Shown here in pieces: positions 39,745 through 52,637 of a stretch of DNA of 64,000 nt. The translations under genes were made by a program, and so were the position numbers. This DNA is from Mobula hypostoma (taxonomy: Eukaryota): positions 221,342,001-221,406,000 of the forward strand of contig NC_086097.1 in NCBI RefSeq assembly GCF_963921235.1, written 5' to 3'. A model generated the notes under the pieces. The model saw only the letters and a program-made list of their open reading frames with translations, did no database searches and was not told the origin of the DNA. Position 1 is the stretch's first letter; each line of letters opens with the position of its first letter.

Positions 39745-40566
39745 AGCTATCTTATACTGTATACATAGACTTTCTAAATGTGCATAAAGTGACGCCTTAT
39801 GTCACATTATTTAATGCTTCATGTAACAACGCTACCAATGCTCATATTTTAAACATCAGGGATTCTGCAGATGCTGGAAATTTGAGCAACACACACACAC
39901 ACAAAATGCTGGTTGAACTCAGCAGGTCGGGCAGCATCAGTGGAGGGGAGATAAACAGTTGACGTTTACTTATCCGTTCTCTATTTCCCTGCTGTGGCTG
40001 TGATACTGCACAATCGGGAATATATCTATTTCTCCCTTTTTAATAACGTATACTTAATTGTTCGGATTGATTAATCGAAGGTCATTCCTTTATTGTTGAG
40101 GAAGCCACGGGTTCGGTTTTAAAGTCAAGCCAGCTGTATTTACAATGCAACTCCCAGTCTGAGATTACAGGCACCAGTTTCCATTATGTTTGGTCCTCGC
40201 ATCGCTCGCACTCCGATTAAAACTCTGCCCAAACTTATTTGTTTTTTCAAGAGTTCACTTGTAAATATTTAGAGTTCAGGGAGGCGAGATCCTAGTCTCT
40301 AAATATTTCAGTGTTTGATAGTGAAAAGAGGTCGATAAAGTCTAACGTGTCAACAGAGTAACTGAAGAAGCTTGTTTAACGGCGCTGTTAAGTAAAGCCT
40401 TTACTTCAGGCAGTCCTCAGTTTGTAATCGCTTTGGATCAGAAACTGACTGAGAATCACACAAATGAACTTTGGAGATGCAAAATCAGTTTGCACGAAGA
40501 CCAAAATTGCAGCATAATTGCACATTCGTATTTGCTTACTGAAATGAATCAATGTAATATCATAGA

Positions 40567-40672
40567 GTCAACAAACACAATAAACTGGAGGAACTCAGCA
40601 GGCCAGGCAGCATCTAGGAAAAGAGTACAGGCGACATTTCGGGCCGAAACCCTTCGGCAGGGCTCTCTTATT
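40567..40672 (-). mobile_element. Single-arm Penelope pLTR fragment with a degenerate hammerhead
   Basis: TSD-like tgtaatatcataga (40553-40566) / tgtaatattataga (40673-40686). Confidence 0.7.
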
Positions 40673-43230
40673 TGTAATATTATAGAATGTCTTTATATTT
40701 AAAAAAAATCAAAACTACAAACTAACACTCGAATTCAAAGCAGAACAGGAATATTAAGAGTTTCAGGTGTATGAATTAGCCCTGTTCTGTATCTGATTTA
40801 TAACTAATCATTTCTCTCTGTAGATATGGATTATTGGGTTAATTCCTTACGGTGGAATTCAAGTACATTTTAGTGCGAGTAGGACGATGACAGGTTTGCA
40901 GGAAACTGTAAAATAAGACAAACGAATATGAATATTTCACAAATCTTAGAATCCCTATATACAGTTGTTTTCTTCAAGAAATCTGTTCAACACATTGGTT
41001 TAATCTACACAATGTGCAAAATAGCTCTTCTAATAGACTTAGAACATAGAACTACGTGCAGTACAGCACAGGAGGAGATCCTTTAGCCTACGATGTTGTG
41101 CCACAATAATTAAATTAGTAGTCAAATGCCCAACTAAAGTAATCCTGTCTGCCTACCCAATGTCCACTTCCTGCACACTCCTGTCCAATCTAAGAGCCTG
41201 TTGAACACCTCTCTGGTATTTGCCTCCACTACCACAGTAAAAAAATTGCCTGCAATCTCCTTTGAATTTACCCACTCTAACCTTGAACGCATGCCCTCTG
41301 GTAATAGACAATTCAACCTTGAGGAAAGGCTATTGACTGTCAACTCTGTTTATGCCTCCCATGATTTTATAAATCTCTATCAGACCTCTCCTCAGCCTTA
41401 CCGTTGTCTGAACCCAGTATGTTTTGAAACAACAGAATGTGACATAAAGTGCTACAAGGATGAAATAGAATCCACATTTAATAATACAGCAGTTATCTTT
41501 TCTTGTAACAATTTATACTTTAAAATATGCATTTCAAATATTTAGTTCAACAAATTATTCATGGATGCTTTCCATAATAAATCTTCAAAGCTTCATTCCA
41601 GTTTTTGAAGAATTTTGTTGATGGTGCTTTTAAATGTATGATACAAACCACTTAAAATAATGTATTTATTAATTTGATACCATTCCTCCCTTGTTTTCCT
41701 TAGAGTCCTTTATTTGTCCTTTGATGTGTAAGTTATAGTTGTTAATTATAACTAAAAGAAATTAAATCTTTTTGTTGAATGACAGAAAATTGCATTGAAG
41801 ATACACAGAACAGCAATTTCACATTTCAATTTGAATTAGAGACTGAGGCAAACTGAATATGGTTGCTGAGTAAGTGGAAGAAAAGCATATAGATTGACAG
41901 GATGCATGCAAAGGAATGGTCAAATAAACACTTACCCTTCCAACAATATATTAGAACATTGAACATGGAACAGTACAGCACAGGGCAGGCCCTTTTAGCT
42001 CATGATGCTGAAGAACCTGCCCTGTGCTGTACTGTTCTATGTTCAAGTACATTGTTATTTTAATTACAAATTGCCAAAGTATTAAGGAAGGCATCATAGG
42101 GAGCTCTTGAGCGTATATATAGTTATATTCACAGGTCTCCACATGTGACAGCTGCTTTACACACTGAAAGTGCAGAATTACACATGCTTGGTTACACCTT
42201 TATATATTTCAGAAAATACCAGACATATTTTAATGTATTCTTGCAGAATAATTACAATTGTTATCAGTCGAGTCATGCTTTTATTCTCCAGTGAGTGAAT
42301 GAGCTTGTGTATCTATCATTCATATGAAAAGGGACAGCACCATTAGCTTTATGTAATTTTGAAATGGTTTTGATCCACTATCAATAGGAAAGTAATGAAA
42401 GCTGGTGCTGTGATTCTTTATGTTATAATAAGTCTGTCTTTGGCAGCCTGAAGATTGGACATCCCAGATGAATTGTTAACAGGGACAAACAAATTTAAGA
42501 CATGATGCCTTCAAAAACATCACAAATTAATCTGTTTTACTTGGAAATATGAATATCAGACAAATATAAAAATAAATTATGGCCTTTATTTGATAAGCAT
42601 TAACTAATAAAGCACACTGTTCATTTATTAAGAAAACAATTAAAATTGGTAATCAGCTTCCACGTCACAAATTGAATTTTATTAATTTAACTCATAATTC
42701 ATAAGATGGTTTGTACATGTATTTTTCAGACATAATTTTTTAACAGTGAGGCTAAGTGGAGAGTGTTAATTTCCAGTCATTCTTACTGCAAAACACAAAA
42801 CAATAATTCACAGTGATTTTTACCATTATTGGTTTTTTTTATTTGCAATCATTTGATTACCAATTAGCAACAACAGTTCACTGTGGTCTTGATCTATTAG
42901 TAGTACCCATTCAATAAATCATGAAGCAGTAGAGATTTTATGTTAATATACTTTTTTTTGCAATTGCTGTGATGCACAGCGCCTGTGAGACTTTATAAAG
43001 GAATAGATTTTTACAAAGAAATATGTCTTTTAAGTAAATGGGGAGAATACAAGATCCTTTGCAGAGACCATATGTTGGCTAGAGAGGGAAGACATTGTAA
43101 GCTATAGTTAGGAGCATGAACGGTAAATAGGTCAAACCTGTAGCTTTCTGTAATAATGAGTGATGAACCATTGTGAGATCAAGTCCTAGCAAAATATGAG
43201 TTAAATCTTTCATAGTTGGTAATACTAACA

Positions 43231-43456
43231 ACACACATAAAAGTTCCTGGTGAACGCAGCAGGCCAGGCAGCATCTCTAGGAAGAGGTGCAGTCGACGTT
43301 TCAGGCCGAGACCCTTCGTCAGGACTACGACGAAGGTCTCGGCCTGAAACGTCGACTGCACCTCTTCCTAGAGATGCTGCCTGGCCTGCTGCGTTCACCA
43401 GCAACTTTTATGTGTGTTGCTTGAATTTCCAGCATCTGCTGAATTCCTGTTGTTTG
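43231..43456 (-). mobile_element. Young 226-bp fold-back Penelope derivative
   Basis: Near-perfect inverted arms of about 90 bp. Perfect 14-bp TSD tggtaatactaaca (43217-43230, 43457-43470). Confidence 0.93.
43291..43326 (-). ncRNA. Minimal type I hammerhead ribozyme motif (intact core)
   Basis: Minus strand reads AGTC CTGACGA AGGGTCTCGGCCT GAAAC GTC GACT. Confidence 0.8.
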
Positions 43457-44740
43457 TGGTAATACTAACATTTGCTTGAAAGATTGACAGTAGGAAAAGG
43501 ACCTGACCGCTTGAACAAAACGACTTAAACATTATTTTGCTGATGTACTTCCATAAAAAAGAATGTAGACACTATAAGGGCATACAGTTATAGGAACGTG
43601 CTACTCGGTATTAAAAGAAACAGGATTTATAATAAAAATATATACTATATATAATCCATATTACTTGTGTAAGAAGGGAGCAGGGAATCATTTTCTAGTT
43701 TATTCAAGTAGAGTAATTTTCTTTTGAAGAAAAAAAAGGATAATATTAATTTGGAGAAATAGGAAAGTTAGAAAAAGAAAGCAGATAAACCTTGACACTT
43801 GACATCCATGGTTTTGGTCTTGACAAAATCATCTAAAAAAACATTATCTACATATTTACTGAAAAAAACATTTCATTATAACACACCAACACTTTAAGGC
43901 ACAGCACAGTTTCATTGTGCACACAATGCCTTGCCACACATATCACAGACTAGGCATTGCTACCTTTCAATTGTTTTTAACACAGCAATATGCAAAATAA
44001 TTGCCTGATTACAAATTTACAAAAAAAAATGACCTTTTCTGTACATGATTGTCTTAGCAAAGTAAACAGTCATCTTAAATTATAAGAAAACTTTCATTTC
44101 TGTAAACTACTTTGTGACATGACAAAATCACATGTGCTTGCTGCTTCTGACGGCAAAAACCTACTTTAAGTACCTTCATAATTGTTAATGCAAAACCATC
44201 AGTTTATATATAATAGAAGTGTCCTGGATATCAGTGATAATGGAAGCAAACTTTCTCCACAAATAAAATATGTCACTAGCATTTGTACAACTCAATTATC
44301 AGTGTAAATTTTTATTCCTCATGACAATATTTTTTACAAGTTTTGTTATTATGACCATCAATGCTTAAAGCATTAGCCATAACATCTGTTCTGAGGACCA
44401 TTTACTTGCTTGTTTATTCAGCAGGGAACAAATTAGGCATCTTCTTGAATCTATTTCCTTCACTGGTACGAACTCCTATATTGAAACAGCATTATTGAGC
44501 AATGTCATATCTTCTGACCATACAGAGATAATTCAGTTCCCAGAGCTGTCAGCTGCTTTCTGAGAGATTCAATCAGCTTCATTTAAAATTGGGACGATGG
44601 TCAAGGCAAATTGTGGCTGCATTTCAATACTTGGGGTTCCACATACACTTTGTAGTAAGGAGCTGCCATAAGGTACAAAAGTTCTGTAGTTCATGAACAG
44701 CGAGGGTGGAGATCCTATGTCTTAAAGTGCCAACATACTG

Positions 44741-44836
<96 letters not shown>

Positions 44837-46705
44837 TCAGGAAATCAGAGACCACATAGTCTTTGCTCTGGCCAAACATGCCAACTCTAAACAAGCTATG
44901 ACTTCAAAAACATACATTATGTCACACAAACTATTTTTTTCTGTTCTCTTTAAATAAAACCGCTTTCATTAGAAGTGCAACTCATATTCAATGTTTTAAA
45001 GAAGGTTAGAATATTAGGAAAAGCCATTGGTGATAATAGTCAAAGTACTCATTAAGGAGCTTTGACACAGAACCTTCAACGTCAACATGTTTTAACATTA
45101 CTTTGGATTACATTATCCACCCAGCACAGAGAGTTCGGTATCACACAATGAACAAGCGATCCAACACAAAATGTTTCTTACTGGGCAAAAAAAAGGTAAG
45201 TAATCTGATTTTGACTCCTGAACAAGGTTAAAAAGACTATTTTTCAATGAATGAAATTTATAGCAGGAAGAGCCTGACTCATTAAAAATGAAGATGTGTG
45301 TGCCAATAGGTTACTGCTTGCCACTACTCAGGGAACATAATGATGACAATCAGGTTCTGTTCACTATACAAACAAATGCTTTCATTGTAGAAATACGACT
45401 CTCAGGTGAATTAGAAGGAGACCCTGTCAAAAAATAACTTGAAATCTCTTCCTCGGATCATTACCAAGCCTTATCAAAGGTAAATATTCTCAGAAGGAAT
45501 GCATTCCAATCCTTAATGCTTATGCTGACCTAGGTAATGGCCTTTTCTTTGTTGTGTAAATCTCCTTTACTGTAGAGGCTGATGACTTTATTCATCAGCT
45601 ATCAACTCGAGTAATGTGTCAAAGCAAATATTTTAAAAATACCCTCATTAGATTTTTTATGAGACTTTAAAAATACTTATTACTTTAGCTCTGTTGTTTG
45701 TTAGCTGTGTGTCACCTTATATAAAGGAGGTGATTCAGCTTCAATACCACAGTGTAACAGAAATATGTTGAGAGTTGATATCCCTCTCAGGAGTTTCTTT
45801 GTGGGTCAGATATTATCTCCCCCCCATTATATTTGTGCCATTTACTGATGAATGAGTCACTTTTGCTTTCCTCATTCCAAATTAGATACCTGTTTAAATA
45901 AACACATCTCGGTAGTGGTTATTTTCTAGCTTTTACTTCCAAACATTTCTAACCACAGACCAGCCAGCGGCACAAATGTATTTCTGTCTGGCAAGACATG
46001 GAACTTTCATCATTAATCTTCATTGTTCAATGACTAGGCATCCCAAAGAAAAGGCTTGTTGGAGCATGCTATTCATTTTTAATACTGCCTGAAAACAACC
46101 TTTTTGAAAGGTTAGAAATAATACACATGCCCTCATTTTTGCACCTAGTAATTTCCACACTCTTCATTACCTGTAACTGCAGTTTGAATGTAGAGAACAC
46201 TGCCTCTCAGGTCAGGCCCCTGCTTGCTCCTTAATTAGCATTCTAAGTGATGTGGTTATTATGAGGGAATTTAGTTTACATCAAAGCCTCTAAAAGCTGA
46301 ATTACCAATTTTCTTTACCGAGCAAACACACAAGTGTCTCCTAATTTTTACAACAAAGAACTATGTACTCATTTGCTTAAGTGCTTTAAGAGCGGTCACA
46401 CCACAAAATTATTTACGGTAAAGTAAGCTGACAGCTGAATCCTTTTCTGCCTTTTATTGCGTGCCACATGCGCAAACCTCTTAATTTCAGCAACAAAGAT
46501 GCATTTGTACTTTGAATACATCGTTAACAATGCTCAAAATACCTTAACTAACTCTAGAATGATATGAATCGGTTACTATCATCCAGATCTCTGCACTGCA
46601 GCAAGTCCTTAGCAATGCCAGATATGAAAACTGGTGTGACTTTAATCAATTCCACAACATCCATCTCCTGCCTCTAACATCTAATATGAATCACCACACT
46701 ATCAT

Positions 46706-48163
46706 AAACACAATAGATTCTGCAGATGCTAGAAATCTTCCCAACTGTATGAAATGTTGCTGTAGAAAAGCTACATCCATCATCCAAGATCCTCACCGCC
46801 CAGGCCATGCTCTTTTCTCTCTGCTGCCATCAGGCAGAGGGTACAGGAGCCTCAGGACTCGCACCACCAGGTTCAAGAACAGTTACTACACCACAACCAT
46901 CAGGCTCTTGATCAAAAGGGGGTAACTACACTCATTCTGATTCTGCTGTTCCCACAACCAATGGTTTCACGTTAAGGACTCTTTGTCTTGTTATTTCATA
47001 CTTGTCATTTATTGCTATTTATTTATTTTCGCATTTTCGCAGTTTGTTGTCCATTGATCCTGTTTACAGTTACTGTTCTATAGATTTGCCAAATATGCCT
47101 GCAGAAAAAGAATCTCAGGGTTGTATGTAGTGACATGTACATAAATTTTACTTTGAACTTTGAAATCCAGTGAACACACATGGAAAATGCTGGAAGAACT
47201 CAGCAAGTCAGGCAGCAACTATGGAAAAGAATAAACAGTCGACATTTCAGTTCAACGTAAATTTATTACCGAAGTATATACAGTAGTGTGCAAAAATCTC
47301 AGGCACATATACTGTATATCACTAGGGTGTCTATGATTTTTGCACAGTACTGCAGCAAATTTATGTATTGCACTGTACTGCAAAAAAAAACAAATTTCAT
47401 GACACATGTGAATGATGATAAACCTGATTCTGATATGGGTCTCTATTGTGGAAAGGGGGCCAGGAGAGGGAAATCATGGCCAGGGGAAAGGGAAGGGAGA
47501 GAGGAGGGAGTGGAAAGCACCAGTGAGATGTTCTGTAATGATCAATAAACCAATTGTTTGGAATCAAATTGGCATCCCAGGGCTGAGAGTGTATGCAGCC
47601 ACAAAACCGTCCACGCTGGCAATCCTACTCTGCCACCCGTCCACCACCCATCCCACAGCTCTCCACCTGCTAGGTTTACAAACTCGCTCTCCACTCCACG
47701 TTAACAAATACAGTACTGTGCAATACTCTTAGGCACAGTACTGTATATATCACCATATACTACCACAAAATTCATTTTCTTGTGGGCATTCATAGTAAAT
47801 ACAAGGAAATAATAGAATCAATTAAAAAACTGCATACAACAAAGGTGAAGGGACAACCAATGTGGAAAAGATGAAAAAAAAGAAAAAGCAAATACAAAAA
47901 AATAAAAAAAAATAAAATAATAATACAAGTAATAAGTATTGAGTACATGAGTTGTTGAGTCATTAAGAGTAAGTCCATAGGTTGTGGAAATAGCTTAGTA
48001 TTGGAGTGAGTGAAGTTACCATTCCTGGTTCAAGAGCCTGATGGTTGAGGGGTAATAACTTTTCTAGTATGGGACCTGAGGCTCCTGTACCTCGTTCCTG
48101 ATGGCAGCAGTGAGAATAGATGCTGCCTGACCTGCTAGGTTCTTCCAGCATTTTGTAAGTTGC
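46706..48163. mobile_element. Fold-back Penelope derivative with nested Rex-type LINE fragments and Tc1 mini-MITEs
   Basis: Perfect 15-bp TSD tcaccacactatcat (46691-46705, 48164-48178). pLTR pieces at 46706-46737, 47162-47250 and 48116-48163. Confidence 0.85.
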
Positions 48164-49839
48164 TCACCACACTATCATTGTCCAGCTGGCTGGCTTGAAA
48201 CTTCTTGAACCTTTTCCAATTTAGCCACCACTGTCTATTGAGGTTCAGCAAGAGAATAATATGCAAATCTATTCATACAGATATTCTGTTTCTTCTGCAA
48301 TTCCCACCAAGAATCCCATCTCCCGGGGGCACTGCACACTCCAGTCTCCTGGGAATCAAGCTCTACTTCACTCGTGCTGTCCAGGTCAAACTTCGTAGAG
48401 CCCCAATTTGCACCTGGATCCCAAAATCCCTCCTATTTTCATCCACATGTTTCCCTTCAGCAACAGTACTTGCTGATACCATGTCAGGTTCTAATAACAC
48501 TCTTACATCACCCAGAACATTCTTACCATCATTAAACTGCCACCAGGCTTGAGTTTTATGCTGCTATGGCCTTGTTTACGCATTGCATTATACCATAAAA
48601 TCTAAATCAATTCCTCTATTTAAATATTGGGAGGGGATAATGTTATTACTGTAGGTGTCCAAAAATCGATGCTGGGTATTAGTTGAGATAGAACACTAAA
48701 AAAAAATGACAAACCAGCTGTGAACTGGTCGTCTTCCAGGTTTGACTGAGGTAGGGTGAGAGGTATACAACTCGTAATTCCCGTGTGGTGGGAGTGAAAA
48801 ACCAACTCACCACTGGGACATGGGGTATGAAGCACTCCCATTGCTGGGACACAAGGTTGCACAACCCATTTACTCCCAGGACAGGAAGTATATGGCCAAT
48901 CTAATTTCAGAGGGAGTGTACCTCCAAGCCACTATAAATCAGAAGAGTTTCTATTTGGGCGTAGAAGCACTATGCTGTGTGAAATTTAAATAGCAAATAT
49001 ATTAAATTCCCAATAACTGAAAAACAAAAAAAAAACTATGGATTCTGGAATTCTGAAATGGCAACATCTGAAATCTGATGAAGGGTCTTGACATGAAATG
49101 TTAACACTGTTACTCTTTTCACAGATGCTGCCTGACTTACTGAGTGCTTCCATCATTTTCTGTTTATATTCAGTTTACCATTCTGTTCTCAGCATCACAC
49201 ACAAAATGCTGGAGGAACTCAGCAGGTCCGGCAGGATATAGAGAAGAAATCAACAGATAATGTTATAGGCCGGGACCCTACATCAGATCTCCCTACTTCC
49301 CTTTGCAGATTCTGCTGAGTTCCTCCAGCATTTTACATGCGTTACTCAAGATTTCCAGCACCAGCAGTCTCTCTTGTGTCTATATTCTCAGCTTTCCCTG
49401 ATGTTCGAAGAATCACGAAGCACATAAGCAGATCATTCAGGCCAACAAATCTGGCTGTATTTTCCTCCTCCTGAATCTCTTTCTTGATCCTCGTTTATAG
49501 TTTAGTATTCCTCATCTGCATGCAACATGAGTCATCAACATTTGCTTTTGGTAAATTTATTTCTGTATGCCAACTGGCTTTCATATATTGTTAGCCCACT
49601 TAAGTCCATGCAGAGTTCAATCCTAACACTCAAATCCATTAAAATTCACCAAACTGTTGATTTTTATTTTTAAAATTTGTTAAGAGCTCTGAGGTTGACC
49701 CTACCTGACTGCCAACAGCATCTGCCCGCAGAAGCCACCCCTGCCTTATCATTGCCATTGAGGTGTCATTATGAAGCTTTAAAGTAGGTCCTGACATAGA
49801 TTGGGAAACTGCTTCATCGAGCACCTTCTCTCTATCTGC

Positions 49840-50440
49840 CACAAAAGTGAGATTTCATGGTGGCCACCCATTTCAATTCAACTTCCCATTGCCATTCCAA
49901 CATGTCAGTCCATGGCCTTCTCTACTACCACGATGAGGCCAGTCTCAGGTTGGATGAGCAACACCTTGCATTCTGTCTGAGTAGCCTCCAACCTGACGGC
50001 ATGAACGTCGATTTCTCATAACTGTTCCCCCCCCACCTCACCATTCCCCATTCCTGTTTCCCTCTCACACCTTCTCTTCTTACCTGCCCATCACCTCCCA
50101 CTTCCCTTTCTTCCATGGTCTCCTGTCCTCTTGAAAACAAATTTTATGACATATGCCAGTAATATTACACCTGATTCTATCAGATTCCCCCTTCTCCAGC
50201 CCTTTATCTCTTTCACCAATAAACTTCACTGCTCTTTACCTCACCCCCTTACCCTCTCTTTGTTTCACCTATCACCTGCCACCTTGTACCTTTCCTCTCC
50301 TCCCCCCACCTTGTTATTCTGACACCCCCCACCTGTACAGTCCTGATGAAGGATTGTGACCCGAAATGTCGACTGTTTACTCTTTTCCATAGATGCTGCC
50401 TGGCCTGCTGAGTTCCTCCAGCATTTTGTGTGCATTGCCT
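49840..50440 (+). mobile_element. Older Penelope-like 3' fragment with a hammerhead-like motif (about 50338-50375)
   Basis: GIY-YIG tail remnant (gtagcctccaacctgacggcatgaac), then cagtcctgatgaaggattgtgacccgaaatgtcgactg. Confidence 0.8.
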
Positions 50441-50945
50441 TGACTTTAAAGTACGCTCTTTGTTGCGGCACAGACACATTACAAAAGGCTACCAAAGGAG
50501 AGATGGGAGCACCTTCACTACAAACAGCCCCCGAACCACCCACACCTACCCCTGCACTCACCCCCACACCAAGCACTGTTAGCCGGCAGAGACTGGAGCA
50601 TTTACCCTTGCAATAAAGGTTGCTGCAGGGAAGAGACGTGCTGAACTAATCTGCTGCTCAGGCACACCAGCACATGAATTAGGAGCAGATGTAGGCTAGT
50701 TGGCCCCTCGAGCCTGCTCCAGCATTTAATGACATCATGGCTGATCTGATCACAACCACAACCCCACAATGCTGTCTATCCATAGTAAGCTTCCACCCTT
50801 CTGCTTATCTGCCTCTGCCTTAGCTTCCACTGCACTTTGACGAAGAAACTTTTAAAGCTCATGACCTACAGAGAGAAAGAAACTAATCCATTCTGCCCAC
50901 ACAATATCCATATCCTATTTTTCTCACATTCAAGTGCCTATCCAG

Positions 50946-51284
50946 GAGGGAGGGAGGAGAAGATGGCGGTGCAACGCAGTGCAAGCGGCCGTCCCGAATG
51001 ATATCATATGTGTTAACTAGGGGCCGTGCACAATCCTGATTTGATGGAGACAGCCGTGAGGAGCACCGAGGAACACCTGGAGAGACTTCTGAAATGCCCG
51101 CTTCGCTGCCGCTGCTACTGTTGTAACTATACGTTATAATTATGTGGTTTTTGTTAGTTTTTCAGTTGGTTTGTCATGTGTTTCTATGATATCATTCTGG
51201 AGAAACATTGGATCATTTCTTAATGCATGCATTACTAAATGACAATAAAAGAGGACTGCGTGTCTTCATAATCTAATCTAATCT
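50946..51284 (+). mobile_element. Short non-autonomous LINE derivative (GC-rich aagatggcg head, (TAATC)n tail)
   Basis: Abrupt GC-rich start, aataaa and ataatctaatctaatct tail. Interrupts an old minus-strand CR1 remnant. Confidence 0.55.
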
Positions 51285-52192
51285 ATTTGAACATCACTTA
51301 AAAGCCCCTAATGTATCTGCCTCTATCACCACCCCAGACAGTGCCTTCTAGACACTCTCCACTCTCTGTGTAAAAAACATGCCATTCACATCTTCTTTGA
51401 AATTAACCCCTCTCACCTTAAATGCGTGCTCTATGGTATTAGACACTCCATCTCTGGGAAAAGAGATACTGTCTGTGTACTCTGACTATGCACCTTACAA
51501 ACTTCTATCAGATCTCCCCTCCGTCTCTGCCACTAGAGAGAAAATAACCCAGGTTTATCCAATTTCTTGTTATAGCACATGTCCCCCACTTCAGGCAGCA
51601 TCCTGGTAAATCTCTTCTGCATCTTCTTCAAAGACTCAACATTCTTCCAATAATGGGATGACCAGAACTGTATGCAATACTCCAGATGCAGCCTAACTCG
51701 AGTTTTATAAAGCTGCAACGTAACTTCCTGACTTTTGAACTCAACGTCTTGATGAATAAAGACAAGCATGCCAAATGCCTTCTTAACCTATGTAGCCGCC
51801 TTCAGTGAGCTATGAACTCGGGCTCCAAGATCCCTCTGCTCATCAACAATGTCACTAGAAGAGGAAACACCGAAACTCATAAAGACAACTCTGGATTTTT
51901 AAATGTTTTCTTTATCCCCTTCATCATCTAAACTCCAGCAGACGGAAGCCTAGCCAATACACTCTTTTCTCATAATGAAAATAAAACCCTGCTCATTTAA
52001 AGTAACTAATCCAATAATTTTCTGAATTGCATCATCATAGGATTGGGACTTTGATTGGTGTCAAAAGCTGTAAGCAGAGGTATAGAGCAGGAACACTCAT
52101 TGTTGTCCATAGGTCCAGAAGTGCAGAAGGAAAGTGAGCACACTATTTTGCTAGAAAACTGTTTGTTTCTTGGGTCATCTGAGTGGATCTCT

Positions 52193-52438
52193 AAGATGAG
52201 AAAGTCTGCAGATGCTGGAAATCCAAGCCACACACACAAAATGCTGGAGGAACTCAGCAGGCCAGGCAGTATCTATGGAAAGGAGTACAGTCGACGTTTT
52301 GGGCCAACATCCTTCATCAGGACCGGAGAAAAAAAAAGGAGTACTGATGAAGGGCCAGGCCTGAAACATTGACTGTTAACTCTTTTTCCATAGATGCTGT
52401 CTGGCTTGCTGAGTTCCTCCATCATTTTGTGTGTGTTG
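52193..52438. mobile_element. Fold-back Penelope pLTR derivative with two degenerate hammerhead motifs
   Basis: Inverted arms around a central A-rich spacer. Tail on the left arm. Confidence 0.8.
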
Positions 52439-52637
52439 AATGATTCTCTGTTTTGAACCATGTTCACAAATGGTACTAAGGGCTATTGATCACTCTTAAA
52501 TCTGTAGTCAACAGGAGTCTTCATTACCACAGGGTTATTAGAATTGTGTTTACTTTGATAGAGCAAAGTTTTCTCCTTGTTATTAATTACTAATAAAACA
52601 ATAATCTGAAACATATTGATTGGATCAGAATTATATT

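Larger units (their letters stand above)
42580..44740 (-). other. EYA1: Probable EYA1 3' UTR (distal end uncertain)
   Basis: AT-rich, almost repeat-free sequence after the stop codon. Several minus-strand AATAAA candidates (about 44413, 44311, 43699, 42838, 42678, 42624, 42584). The true poly(A) site cannot be fixed from DNA. Confidence 0.5.
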
